The translations under genes were made by a program, and so were the position numbers. Below, piece after piece: positions 14,993 through 25,300 of a DNA stretch of 28,878 bases; the stretch's first letter is position 1; each line of letters begins with the position of its first letter. The notes below the pieces were generated by a model, which saw only the letters and a list, made by a program, of their open reading frames with translations, was not told the DNA's origin and did not search any database. The stretch covers positions 1-28,878 of the IMG/VR virus record IMGVR_UViG_3300032116_008921; one strand, given 5' to 3'. The stretch comes from a virus (Duplodnaviria > Caudoviricetes).

Positions 14993-16852
14993 ATGGAAAG
15001 AAAACGCATAACCTCTGCTTCACATAAAAGTGATGCTATCAAAAAGCAAGTAATAGATTTTTTAATGCAAGGCTACTCAACTCAAAAGGCTATGGATGCC
15101 GTAGGTAGGTCTATTAAGACCTATGAGTACTACCGTAAGGTAGACCCATCTTTTGCTCTTGCTGTAGACAAGGTGCGGTCTATGACCGCAAGAGGTGAGA
15201 TAGGCAATGCTAGAGGGGAAGTACCACCCTTCCCCGAATTCTCCGAGAAATACCTCGGCACTAAAGTTTTCAAGCATCAAGAACACTGGATTGACTTACT
15301 TGAGAGTAGACAGCCAACCGACTTACATCCTGCTATAACCTACGAACAAGGTGCCCAAGATTTACTTATTGTAAATACTCCACCTGAGCATGCTAAGTCA
15401 ACAACAATTACGGTTAACTATGCCGTATATCGGATTTGCCAAAACCCTAACATCAGAATCATGATTGTGTCTAAGACACAGGCTATGGCGCAAAAGTTCC
15501 TGCTCTCCATTAAGAACAGACTAACACATCCTAAGTATCAGGACCTACAACTAACCTTTGGACCTCCAGGGGGCTTTGAAAAGAATTCTGATTCATGGAA
15601 GCAGGACTTAATTTATTTATCCTCAGAGGCTCGTGACTCTGGCGAAAAGGACCCCACCGTACAGGCTGTCGGTATTAGGGGTCATATTTACGGTGCTCGT
15701 GCAGATTTGATTATCATGGATGACTGTGTTGACAATACCAACGCCCATGAATATGAAAAGCAAATTGACTGGATTCAATCTGAAGTTATGTCCCGTGTTG
15801 ATGACAATGGAGGCAAACTTTTAATTATAGGCACCCGCCTACGACCAAGAGATTTATACTCTGAATTGCGTGACCCTATGCGCTATCCAGATGAAACATC
15901 CCCATGGACTTACTTTGCTCAACCTGCAGTATTAGAGTTTGATGAAGACCCTGAAAAATGGGTAACCCTTTGGGCAAGAACTAACCTACCTCCAATCTCA
16001 GGTGTAGGTAAACCAGATGCTGATGGTCTATACCGTAAGTGGGATGGACAGGCTCTACATAAACGCAGAGCACGACTATCGCCAAACTTATGGGCAATGG
16101 TTTATCAGCAACAACAAGTTCATGAAGATTCAGCATTTCCATCCGAGGCTATTAAAGGAATTATTAATGGCGCTCGCAATATAGGTCGCATACCAAAAGG
16201 CAAGGCTGGTGTAAGACCAAACGGTATGGATGGACTTACTATGGTTGCAGGGCTTGACCCAGCAGGTTCAGGATATACCGCAGCCGTTTGTTTAGGTTTA
16301 GATATATCTACCCAAAAGCGTTATCTGATAGATGTATCAAATGTGGCTGGTATGAAGCCAGATGAGATAAGAGATTTAATTAAAAACTGGACAGATGATT
16401 ACCAGATTTCTGAGTGGCGAGTTGAGAAAAATGCTTTCCAAACAATGTTAACTCAGGACCGTGAGGTACGAGAATACCTTTCGTCACGGGGTGCAATGCT
16501 ACGAGAACATCACACAGGTCAAAACAAATGGGACACTGATTTCGGGGTTGCATCCCTGACGACATTATTCCACGGTTGGCAAGATGGTCACGCACTCATT
16601 GAGTTCCCATCAACTCATGCCTCTGAAGGTTTAAAGGCGCTTGTTGAACAATTAGTAACCTGGTACCCAGATGCACCAAAAAGCCAAAAGACAGATACAG
16701 TTATGGCGTTTTGGTTTGCTGAACTCGGATGTCGTGACAGAGTAGCAAACGCTAACTCTTTCGCCCGTAGTCATAACAGCATAAGCATGTTCCACACTCG
16801 CTACGACAAAGCAAGACAAATAACTGTCCAACTAGACGACATATACTCATAG
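14993..16852 (+). CDS. terL: Terminase large subunit with N-terminal HTH extension
   Basis: Walker A-like PPEHAKST, Walker B GARADLIIMDD, IIGTR coupling motif, RNase H-like GLDPA, VEKN and C-terminal DTVMA. Confidence 0.9.
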   Translation: MERKRITSASHKSDAIKKQVIDFLMQGYSTQKAMDAVGRSIKTYEYYRKVDPSFALAVDKVRSMTARGEIGNARGEVPPFPEFSEKYLGTKVFKHQEHWIDLLESRQPTDLHPAITYEQGAQDLLIVNTPPEHAKSTTITVNYAVYRICQNPNIRIMIVSKTQAMAQKFLLSIKNRLTHPKYQDLQLTFGPPGGFEKNSDSWKQDLIYLSSEARDSGEKDPTVQAVGIRGHIYGARADLIIMDDCVDNTNAHEYEKQIDWIQSEVMSRVDDNGGKLLIIGTRLRPRDLYSELRDPMRYPDETSPWTYFAQPAVLEFDEDPEKWVTLWARTNLPPISGVGKPDADGLYRKWDGQALHKRRARLSPNLWAMVYQQQQVHEDSAFPSEAIKGIINGARNIGRIPKGKAGVRPNGMDGLTMVAGLDPAGSGYTAAVCLGLDISTQKRYLIDVSNVAGMKPDEIRDLIKNWTDDYQISEWRVEKNAFQTMLTQDREVREYLSSRGAMLREHHTGQNKWDTDFGVASLTTLFHGWQDGHALIEFPSTHASEGLKALVEQLVTWYPDAPKSQKTDTVMAFWFAELGCRDRVANANSFARSHNSISMFHTRYDKARQITVQLDDIYS

Positions 16853-16865
16853 AACAGGACTAGGT

Positions 16866-18689
16866 GTGCCACTTTCCCTAGAAGCAATTAAAGATAATTA
16901 TGACCGTTACAAGCAAGCATACGCTGAACGAGATACTCGTATGGAGCAAATCCTGCTTGTTCGTAAAGGTCGTATGCGTGATGTGTACCCTGATTTATTT
17001 CCAGATGGTCCATTTGAAAACCCTATTGTTGCAAATATGGTTGACATTGCAGCCCGTGATTTATCTGAGGTAATCGCACCACTTCCTGCTTTCAACTGTA
17101 ATTCACCAACTATGGTTTCTGATAAAGAACGCAAGAAGGCTGATAAGCGTGAAGAAATCGTAAATGGAATTATTGACTTTTCTGATTTGCAAACTCAAAT
17201 GTTTGACGCTGCAGACCGTTATGTTTCATACGGTTTTGTACCAGCACAGGTTGAGGTTGACTTAGAAAACAATATGCCAAGAATCCGTTTCTTAGATTCC
17301 TATGGTTGCTATCCAGTCATTGACCGCTTCGGCAAAGTCCATGGCATGTATCAACGAATTAAGAAACCTTTGGCTGATTTAATGGCAGCATACCCAGAGT
17401 ATGCACATTTGTTGTATGACAAAGACTCTACCAACTCAATGTTAGAAATTGTTCGCTACCATGATAAAGACCAAGACATCTTGTTTGTTCCACAAAGAAG
17501 TAACTTGGTTATTGATAGAGCGCCAAATCCTATTGGTGAAGTTCTTATTCGTGTTATACAACGCCCATCATTAGATTCACAAGCGAGAGGACAGTTTGAC
17601 GATGTACTTGCAATTCAAGTTGCCAAGGCTCGTTATGCACTCCTTTCACTTGAGGCTGCTACTAAAGCAGTTCAAGCCCCACTTGTTGCCCCACGAGATG
17701 TAAGTGAGTTAGCCCTTGGACCAGACGCTGTTATCAGAACTGAACGACCTTCAGATGTTCGCCGACTCTCTATTGACATACCACCAGGTGCTTTTGCTCA
17801 ACAGCAAGTACTTGAAGGAGAACTTCGTTTAGGTTCTCGTTATCCTGAGTCACGCACAGGAAACATTGATGCCTCTATTGTCACAGGTCGTGGCGTGCAG
17901 GCTCTTATGGGTGGCTTTGATACCCAGATTAAATCAGCACACGCAATGTTTGCCCGTGCCTTTGTAGAACTTGTTGGCTTGGCACTTAAGGTAGATGAAA
18001 AAGTTTTTGACAATATGGAAAAAACTTTGCGTGGTACACGCAATGGAGTTCCATACGCAATCAAATATAAGCCATCCCGTGATATTGATGGTGATTACAC
18101 CGTTGATGTTCAATACGGATTGATGGCAGGACTTGACCCAAACCGTGCATTAGTATTTGGATTACAGGCTCGTGGCGATAAGTTAATCTCTCGTGATTTC
18201 CTACGCCGTCAAATGCCATTCTCCTTTAATGCAACACAAGAAGAAGAAAAAGTTGATACTGAAGATTTGCGTGATGCAATGAAGCAGGCTATTGCCTCTT
18301 ATGCTCAAGCAATTCCAGCACTTGCATCTCAAGGACAAAATCCTTCAGATATTTTGTACAAACTTTCTACAGTCATTAACCAACGCCAAAAGGGTACGCC
18401 TATTGAACAAGCAGTATCAGAGGCGTTCCAACCACAGAATCCCCCACCTGGTGCGATGATGACCCCTGAAGGCGTAAGTCCCGAACTTCTTGGGCAGGCA
18501 GGTGCGGTCCCTCCAGGTGAGGGGCAACTTCCAATGGGTTTAAGTGAAACTGGTCGTATGCAAGGTGTTGCTCCTGGACAAATTGCTCCAGGTGGTCGCC
18601 CAGATGTTCAATCGCTTTTAGCAAGTTTAACGCAAAGAGGTGAACCTAATCTTCAGGCTTCCCTCGTAAGACGACTACCAGTTGCGTAA
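16866..18689 (+). CDS. Portal protein
   Basis: 607 aa directly after terL; helical composition with a Pro/Gly/Gln-rich C-terminal tail. The call rests mainly on synteny. Confidence 0.75.
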   Translation: MPLSLEAIKDNYDRYKQAYAERDTRMEQILLVRKGRMRDVYPDLFPDGPFENPIVANMVDIAARDLSEVIAPLPAFNCNSPTMVSDKERKKADKREEIVNGIIDFSDLQTQMFDAADRYVSYGFVPAQVEVDLENNMPRIRFLDSYGCYPVIDRFGKVHGMYQRIKKPLADLMAAYPEYAHLLYDKDSTNSMLEIVRYHDKDQDILFVPQRSNLVIDRAPNPIGEVLIRVIQRPSLDSQARGQFDDVLAIQVAKARYALLSLEAATKAVQAPLVAPRDVSELALGPDAVIRTERPSDVRRLSIDIPPGAFAQQQVLEGELRLGSRYPESRTGNIDASIVTGRGVQALMGGFDTQIKSAHAMFARAFVELVGLALKVDEKVFDNMEKTLRGTRNGVPYAIKYKPSRDIDGDYTVDVQYGLMAGLDPNRALVFGLQARGDKLISRDFLRRQMPFSFNATQEEEKVDTEDLRDAMKQAIASYAQAIPALASQGQNPSDILYKLSTVINQRQKGTPIEQAVSEAFQPQNPPPGAMMTPEGVSPELLGQAGAVPPGEGQLPMGLSETGRMQGVAPGQIAPGGRPDVQSLLASLTQRGEPNLQASLVRRLPVA

Positions 18690-18701
18690 GGGGGTGAATA
18701 A

Positions 18702-18863
18702 ATGAAGAAGTCCCTATCAGGAGGAAAGAAGCCTAAGAACCAAGGTTCAGCAGGCAAGGCTCCAACCCAAAAACCAATGTTGGCTAAGAAAGCATCATCA
18801 AAGGGTGGCAAGACATATTTCTCAAGCAATCCAAGCGGAACTCGTGGTTCACGCAGTAAGTAA
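18702..18863 (+). CDS. 53-aa highly basic protein (not in ORF track)
   Basis: MKKSLSGGKKPKNQGSAGK...RGSRSK; GGGGGTG RBS; no acidic residues. Confidence 0.65.
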   Translation: MKKSLSGGKKPKNQGSAGKAPTQKPMLAKKASSKGGKTYFSSNPSGTRGSRSK

Positions 18864-18931
18864 TTAAAAAACCTGAGCATGTTTCAAAACTGCTCATAAT
18901 ATTAAATATCCGAACTTAGGTGGGAGGAAAC

Positions 18932-19357
18932 ATGGCTAAGGCTAAAAACGAAAATTTCCAAGTGTCCGCAACTGGTGGCGCTGGTACCAATGGACAACCT
19001 GCTCGTTATACAGCAGGCATTGATGGTGCACAAGATTTTTATGATTTACAAACAAGTGCTGCAATGTCAGGTCAAAATCCTGCAATTAAACAATCACCAT
19101 CAGCAAATCGTTCGTTTCGCACCACTGGACAAGAACCGTTTGTATCTTTAACTGCACCAACAATGCGCCCTGATGAAGATGTACGCATGGGTGCAACTGA
19201 AGGACTTGATAGCATGTACGCTACAGACCAAACTGCCATGGGTGAAGACGCTGACCGTATGCGTCAAGCACTTCCATATTTAGCAGTACTTGCAGAATTA
19301 CCAACTACCTCTAACTCTTATCGTAATTATGTAAGGTACTTAAAGAGCGTACTATGA
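18932..19357 (+). CDS. Hypothetical virion-associated protein
   Basis: GGGAGG RBS before the ATG at 18932; ATGA overlap with the next gene. Confidence 0.65.
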   Translation: MAKAKNENFQVSATGGAGTNGQPARYTAGIDGAQDFYDLQTSAAMSGQNPAIKQSPSANRSFRTTGQEPFVSLTAPTMRPDEDVRMGATEGLDSMYATDQTAMGEDADRMRQALPYLAVLAELPTTSNSYRNYVRYLKSVL

Positions 19358-22300
19358 GTTTTAGCGACATACTCGGAAACGCAGCGCAAAAACTGCAAGG
19401 TAACGGGTTTGCCAACGATATTGGCTTACCATCAATGATGTTTGACCTTGCTTCTGTGTCATCCAATGATAAAAATTGGGTAGGCGATGCGTTTAACTTT
19501 GCGGGTAACGCTTTTAGAACTACATTAATGGCATCAACTTATCCAATTCGTAAGCCAGTTGGTGCAGCAGTTGAAAAGGTTTTATTACCAGCAGCAATGC
19601 TTTCTTATGAAACTGGTGGTAGATACTTACGAGAACCATTATCTGCAGCACTAACAACTCTTGGTACTGCCGATGCTAAAAAGGCTTGGGAAAATCGTGA
19701 AGAAATTTCCCCAGGACAAGCATTATCATATTTGCAATCTAAATGGTCCTTTGGACTATTAGGTCCTGACGAACTGGCTGCTGGTGATTTTAATATATTT
19801 GACCCAAATGACCGTAAAGTATTTGATGAAGATTGGTCTGCTAAAAGTCTTAGTGGTGCCTACGACACATTTTTTACAACAGTAACTGACCCACTTGGTA
19901 AATTGGGTAAAGCAGCAGGTCTTGCTCGTAAAGCAGTTGTTACTCGCCCATTAGGTGCGACAGATACAAATGCAAATAGATTATTAAAAGATTTTTTAAT
20001 GCCAAAAACTTTGCGTTCAGTAAGAGTTATATCTCCGCAAACTTTGGCTAAGACAATTAACGAAGGTCGTGAAGAAGGCGGCGAACTTTATACTACGCTT
20101 TCTTGGTTTGCCAAATCAGATAGAGTTTCTATCCGTAACCATCCAATGGTTCAGCAATCTAACGATTCAGATACTTTAGCCTATTTGCTAGGTGAAGCAA
20201 AGACTGTAGATGATGTAGCCGATACCTTGGTTGCAACTGCTCGTCTTGGTACAAATAAAGAAGTAGGTTCTGCTGCTGCTCGTTTAATTGCAAAACGCCG
20301 TGACTTAGCATTTGTATTTGATAAAATTGCTGACACAACAGATTTAGATAAAAGAGTTTTAGACAATGTACCTACCAATGGTATTGTAGATGATGTTAAT
20401 AAACTAGATACAGCCACTGAGTTAGTAAAGCAAATTGAGGCTGACCCATACTACCGTATGATTAAGTCATTTAACGCAAAACCTGCAGATTTAAGTAAGC
20501 GTACATTTGGTAAGCCAGTATTTGAAAAGTTGGCTATTAGCCGTGCTGAAAGCAAAGCAGCAAGAATTAAAGGCATAGACCAACCTACTAAGTTTCCAAC
20601 TGTTGGAGTTATACAACCAACTAAGTATCACCCACTTGTTGCGGTTGTAAATTTTGGTATTAAAAAAATTGGCGATACCTTTCAAGAAAAGCCAGCAGGT
20701 TATGTTAACTTTAACGACTCTGATTCATTCTCAGAAATGCGAGCCTTTGGCGAGCAACTTCGCCGTTTAGTTGGTCCAGAAATAGCACAACCAGTAGTTA
20801 ATGAACACACAACAGCATACCTTCGTGCTGGTGGTTTACCAGAATTACGCTCAAGAGTTGCAGTATCTTTTGAAGATTTAGCCGTTAGTGCAGTTAATAG
20901 AAAACTTGGATTAACTGATGAACAAGGTTTGTTTATTTGGAATCAATATAAATCCCGCCGTCAAACTGCGTTAGACACTATTCGTGACCGTAAGTTCTTG
21001 ATGACCAATGATGATGTTATTCTTAAGATTCCTTACCTAGAACGCCAAGGTGCTAACGCACTACCAATGGTAGACCTAGAAAACTATGCTCGTGTACTTG
21101 AAGCAAATAAGGGTGTACTAAAGTCAATAGGTCGTAAGGGTGAAATTATAGACCCCGATTCAATGCGTTATGTAACTGGTATTTTAAATGATATGTGGAA
21201 GGCTTCAGTACTTCTACGCCTTGGCTACACCATACGAAATGTTAGCGAAGCGACACTTTCTATTCTTGGTAAAGGTTATGGTTTATTAGCCCTTGGTGAT
21301 TTAAACCGAGATGGATTTAAGTCTTGGTATAACAACCGAGTTCAAGGCATAGAGCGTCTTGCAGATAGAACTTTAGTAAATAAAGGTTTGCGTGAAGATT
21401 CAATTCAAATTCGCCGTGCTCTTGCAGAAACTCAATCTGAGATTTTTGCTACTGAAAAAGTTATTAATGAGGCTCGTCTTTATGCCCAAGCAGCAGAGCG
21501 TTTATTCTTGCAGGGTAAATTAAACGAGGCTCAATACAAAGAATTACTTGAACTTTCTGAGTATCTAACAGGTCAATATCTATACCATGGCTCTACCACA
21601 CCAATTAAAGCATTAGATAAAAACAGACCATTGGCTATGTCATATAGTCAAGATATTGCAGAGCAGTATGCAGAGGCTGGTATGCCTAGAATATCTGCAT
21701 CTGAAATATACAAGCGTTTAACTGGTCGTGCTTATCCATTACCTAAGAATTTAGAACTTGCTCCTGGTGGCGAAATTGGCACTCCAAAAGTTTTTGCCCA
21801 AATGCCAGAAAGTGATTTTAGACAAGTTCAAAAATATGTTCGTGGAAACTTTAGCACCCAACAAAATCAATTAAGGGGTGGTTTAGAAGTAACACAAGAT
21901 TTAAACCCTTATGATTTAAAACTTCCATCAGTATTACAGCGAGCAATTCAACGAAGTGTTATTAAAAAACCGACAGTTGTTTATCGTGGTTCAACTGCAA
22001 ATGCTGAATTTGGCGATAGAATTTTAAGTGTTGGCGACATTGTTGAAGATAAAGGTTTTGTATCTACAAGTAAAAGTGGTACTCAAGCAGTAAAGTTTGC
22101 TAACTATAAAGGTGGCGAGCCAGTAGTATACAAAATTGCTTTACCTAAAGGTCACCCTGGCTTAGATATTAAACAAACATATAATGACTTTAATGAAAAT
22201 ATAGTTTATAGAAGTGAACGAGAAGGTTTTACCCCGTTTAATTCATATCAACAAACACTTCGTTCAAGCGAATCAGCACATGCTATGCGAGAAGAAGAAG

Positions 22301-25300
22301 TTCTTTTACCAGCAGGTACAAAATATAAAGTTGCTAAATCAGAATTTATTCCATTTATGGGTTTTGGTTTTGGCAATGAACCAATTAGAGTAATAACTTT
22401 AGAAGCAATTACACCTAAAGTTGCTAAGCGCCAAGTATCACCATCAATGCAAACCATTGGTGCAGATATGCGTGAAGGATTTATTAATACTGTAAATAAT
22501 GGAAATGTTGTTGAGGTACTAAACCCACAAACTGGTCGATGGACAACTGTTGACCCAAATACAGTATCTCAAAAGTTACTCACTACCGCAGAATTTAGAA
22601 TCCGTAAGCCTGGTAATCAAGGTGCAATAATTGGACAAAAGGTTTATGGACTTGAAGTTGACCTTCGTACAGAAAACTTACGCAGCCCTCGTTTAAACCT
22701 TGTTGATTACCCAGAACTTAAAACTGTTCTTGGTATTGAAAAAGGTACACCTCGTAACCGTGCTGCATGGGAAGGCAAAGAAAAAGCACTTCTTGATTGG
22801 ATGCGTGCCAATGGAATTGGCAAAGTAACTTTACCTGATAATAAGGCTAATGGTAGGGCTACAGTTCTTGTAGACCCTGAAATGGTAGAAGGTTTTGGTC
22901 AGAGTCCGTTTGTAACTCTTACTCAACGCAGACTTGATTCTGTTAAAAGACAACAACAAATACTTGGTAATGAACCAAGGATGCTTAGTATTATTGAGCG
23001 TACCATTAAAAATCAAGGTGGTACATTTGACTTTTCAGGCGATGTACCAACTACAGGTATTTCAGTAGCCATTCGTGGTGCTACCCATACCTTCCGTTTA
23101 GAAGATGCTGCAACAAATCCACAAGGTTGGATTGATTCAGTAGCAGCACACTTTGAAAAGAACCTTGAAAAGTTTGGTAAAGCAGACCACTTTGGTACAT
23201 GGGTTGAAGATATTGACGGCGTGCCACATATCTGGGCTGAGCCAACTAATGTTATTATGGACCGTGCCGAGGCTGTTAAACTTGGCGTAGAAAGAAACCA
23301 AAAAGCGATTGCAGATTTGGCTGCTATTACTAGAGGTGACTGGGATAACGCATTTATCGTAACGAGAGGAACAGGCGATGAAAGAGCAACCGCAAGGTTT
23401 GCACTGGGTCAAGGCACCCAAGCCAGTGTCGGAAATGTCACCGCAAGAGCGCAAGGAATTCGCCCAAATCTTAGCGGCAAGAGCACTAGAGAACGCATTG
23501 CAGAACTCTCCGAGTCCCTCTCCAGTAAACGAGAATATCCAACCGCAGGTTTAGCACAAGTTGTTCGTGAGGCTGCCGATATGCAGGCTACCTCTAAAAA
23601 GAATTTAGAAAACTTACTTGTTAAACTAGATGCTCGTGTTGTTGAAGAAGCCCGTATTGGTGCGCCTAAACAAATACAGGGCACAGGTCGTAGAATTGTA
23701 ACTCTTTATGATGGTACTAAAGTAGAAATTGATGATGCTTTCCGTGGTGAGTTAGGTCAGATTCTATATGACCGTACTGACAATACAGACTCATACCGTA
23801 GGTTTGTAGACCACCCATCACAATTTTTTGCTGCTGAACATAATAACTTTGTTGAAGATGTACTAACCCCTAATATGCCAGATTACTATTCTGGTTGGGC
23901 TAATCAACTTAATACTTTTTTCCGTTCTCCTGATGGTCGTATAGACCCACTAGTTGAACAAATGTTAAATGGTGCACGCCCAGAGGAAATAGTTAAATGG
24001 TTGCGTAAACCAGAAAATATAGGTTATGCCCGTAGATTTAACATTGATGTTCCTGGTATTAAAGTACCATCAGAGCGTTTAAACGCAAGTATAGAAGCAG
24101 AAGATTTTGTTGGTGATTTATATAGTGCATTTAATAGATACTTACCAGATACACAAATGCAAGAGGCATTTCGTACTGGTCAAGTAACTGAAATATGGTT
24201 GCGTAACCACTTTAAAAATGCTACTGAATTACCAGATATTGTAGGTCGTATTGTTCCAACCAGCCCACAGGCTCGTAACATTATGGATGCTACGGCTAAG
24301 GTTATTGACAAAGCATTTTACTTTCTTGGCTCATTACCTGAAACAACCCTTGCTCGTCATCCACTGGCTAGAGCAATATACCGTTCAGATTATCAAAACA
24401 GACTTGATACCGCATTATCAACTAAGCGTTTAAACACTGGTAACGCAAAGGCTGAATTAACTGTAGATGAGGTTAATAACCTACGCAAAGATGTAATTGA
24501 AAGTACTCGTAAAGAAGTTAACAAAACACTATTTACGATTATTCGCAAGTCTTATGCAGGTGAAAAGATGCGGTTTATTATGCCGTTCTTTAACGCATGG
24601 GAAAATACCATTCGCCGTTGGAGTGGACTTGCCAGCGAAAACCCTGCAGTTGTTGCCCGTGCTGGACAAGTGGTTTCATCGCTTCGCAATCAACCAAATA
24701 TTATTGATAAAGATGGCAACCAAACAAATGAATTTTCTTATGACAATAAGATTGTTGTGCCTATGTCAGAGGGTGCAATAAGTACTATTGAGAAGATTCC
24801 AGTATGGGGCAAAGGCATGGCTGCTGCCATCCGTGCCACTGGTACGCAGGTATCTATTCCAGTACGAAGCCTTGATGTTCTATTCCAAGGTGAATACCTA
24901 GCAGGATTTGGTCCTTTAGTAGTTCTACCAGTTAATGAATTGGTTAAGGCTAAGCCAGATTTAGAAGATATATTTACATCCTCAGTTCTTCCAGTATTAC
25001 CTTTTGGTACACAAGAAGGCGTGCTACGCCAGTTGCTTCCACCTGCAGCACAAAAACTTGCATCTGTTGCAGGACAGGATGAACTATGGAGTCGTACATT
25101 TAATACTGTTTATCGTTATGAGTTAATTAAATATAACTTGGGCGAGCGTGAAAAGATGCCAAGCCTTGAAGAAGTATCTAAATTAACCAATGACTTCTAT
25201 AAGGTTCGTATTCTATCTAACCTTGTAATGCCATTTGCTGCTCAATATGATTCACCACTAAGTTTCTACTCACAACAATTCCGTAAGTTACAGGATGTTT

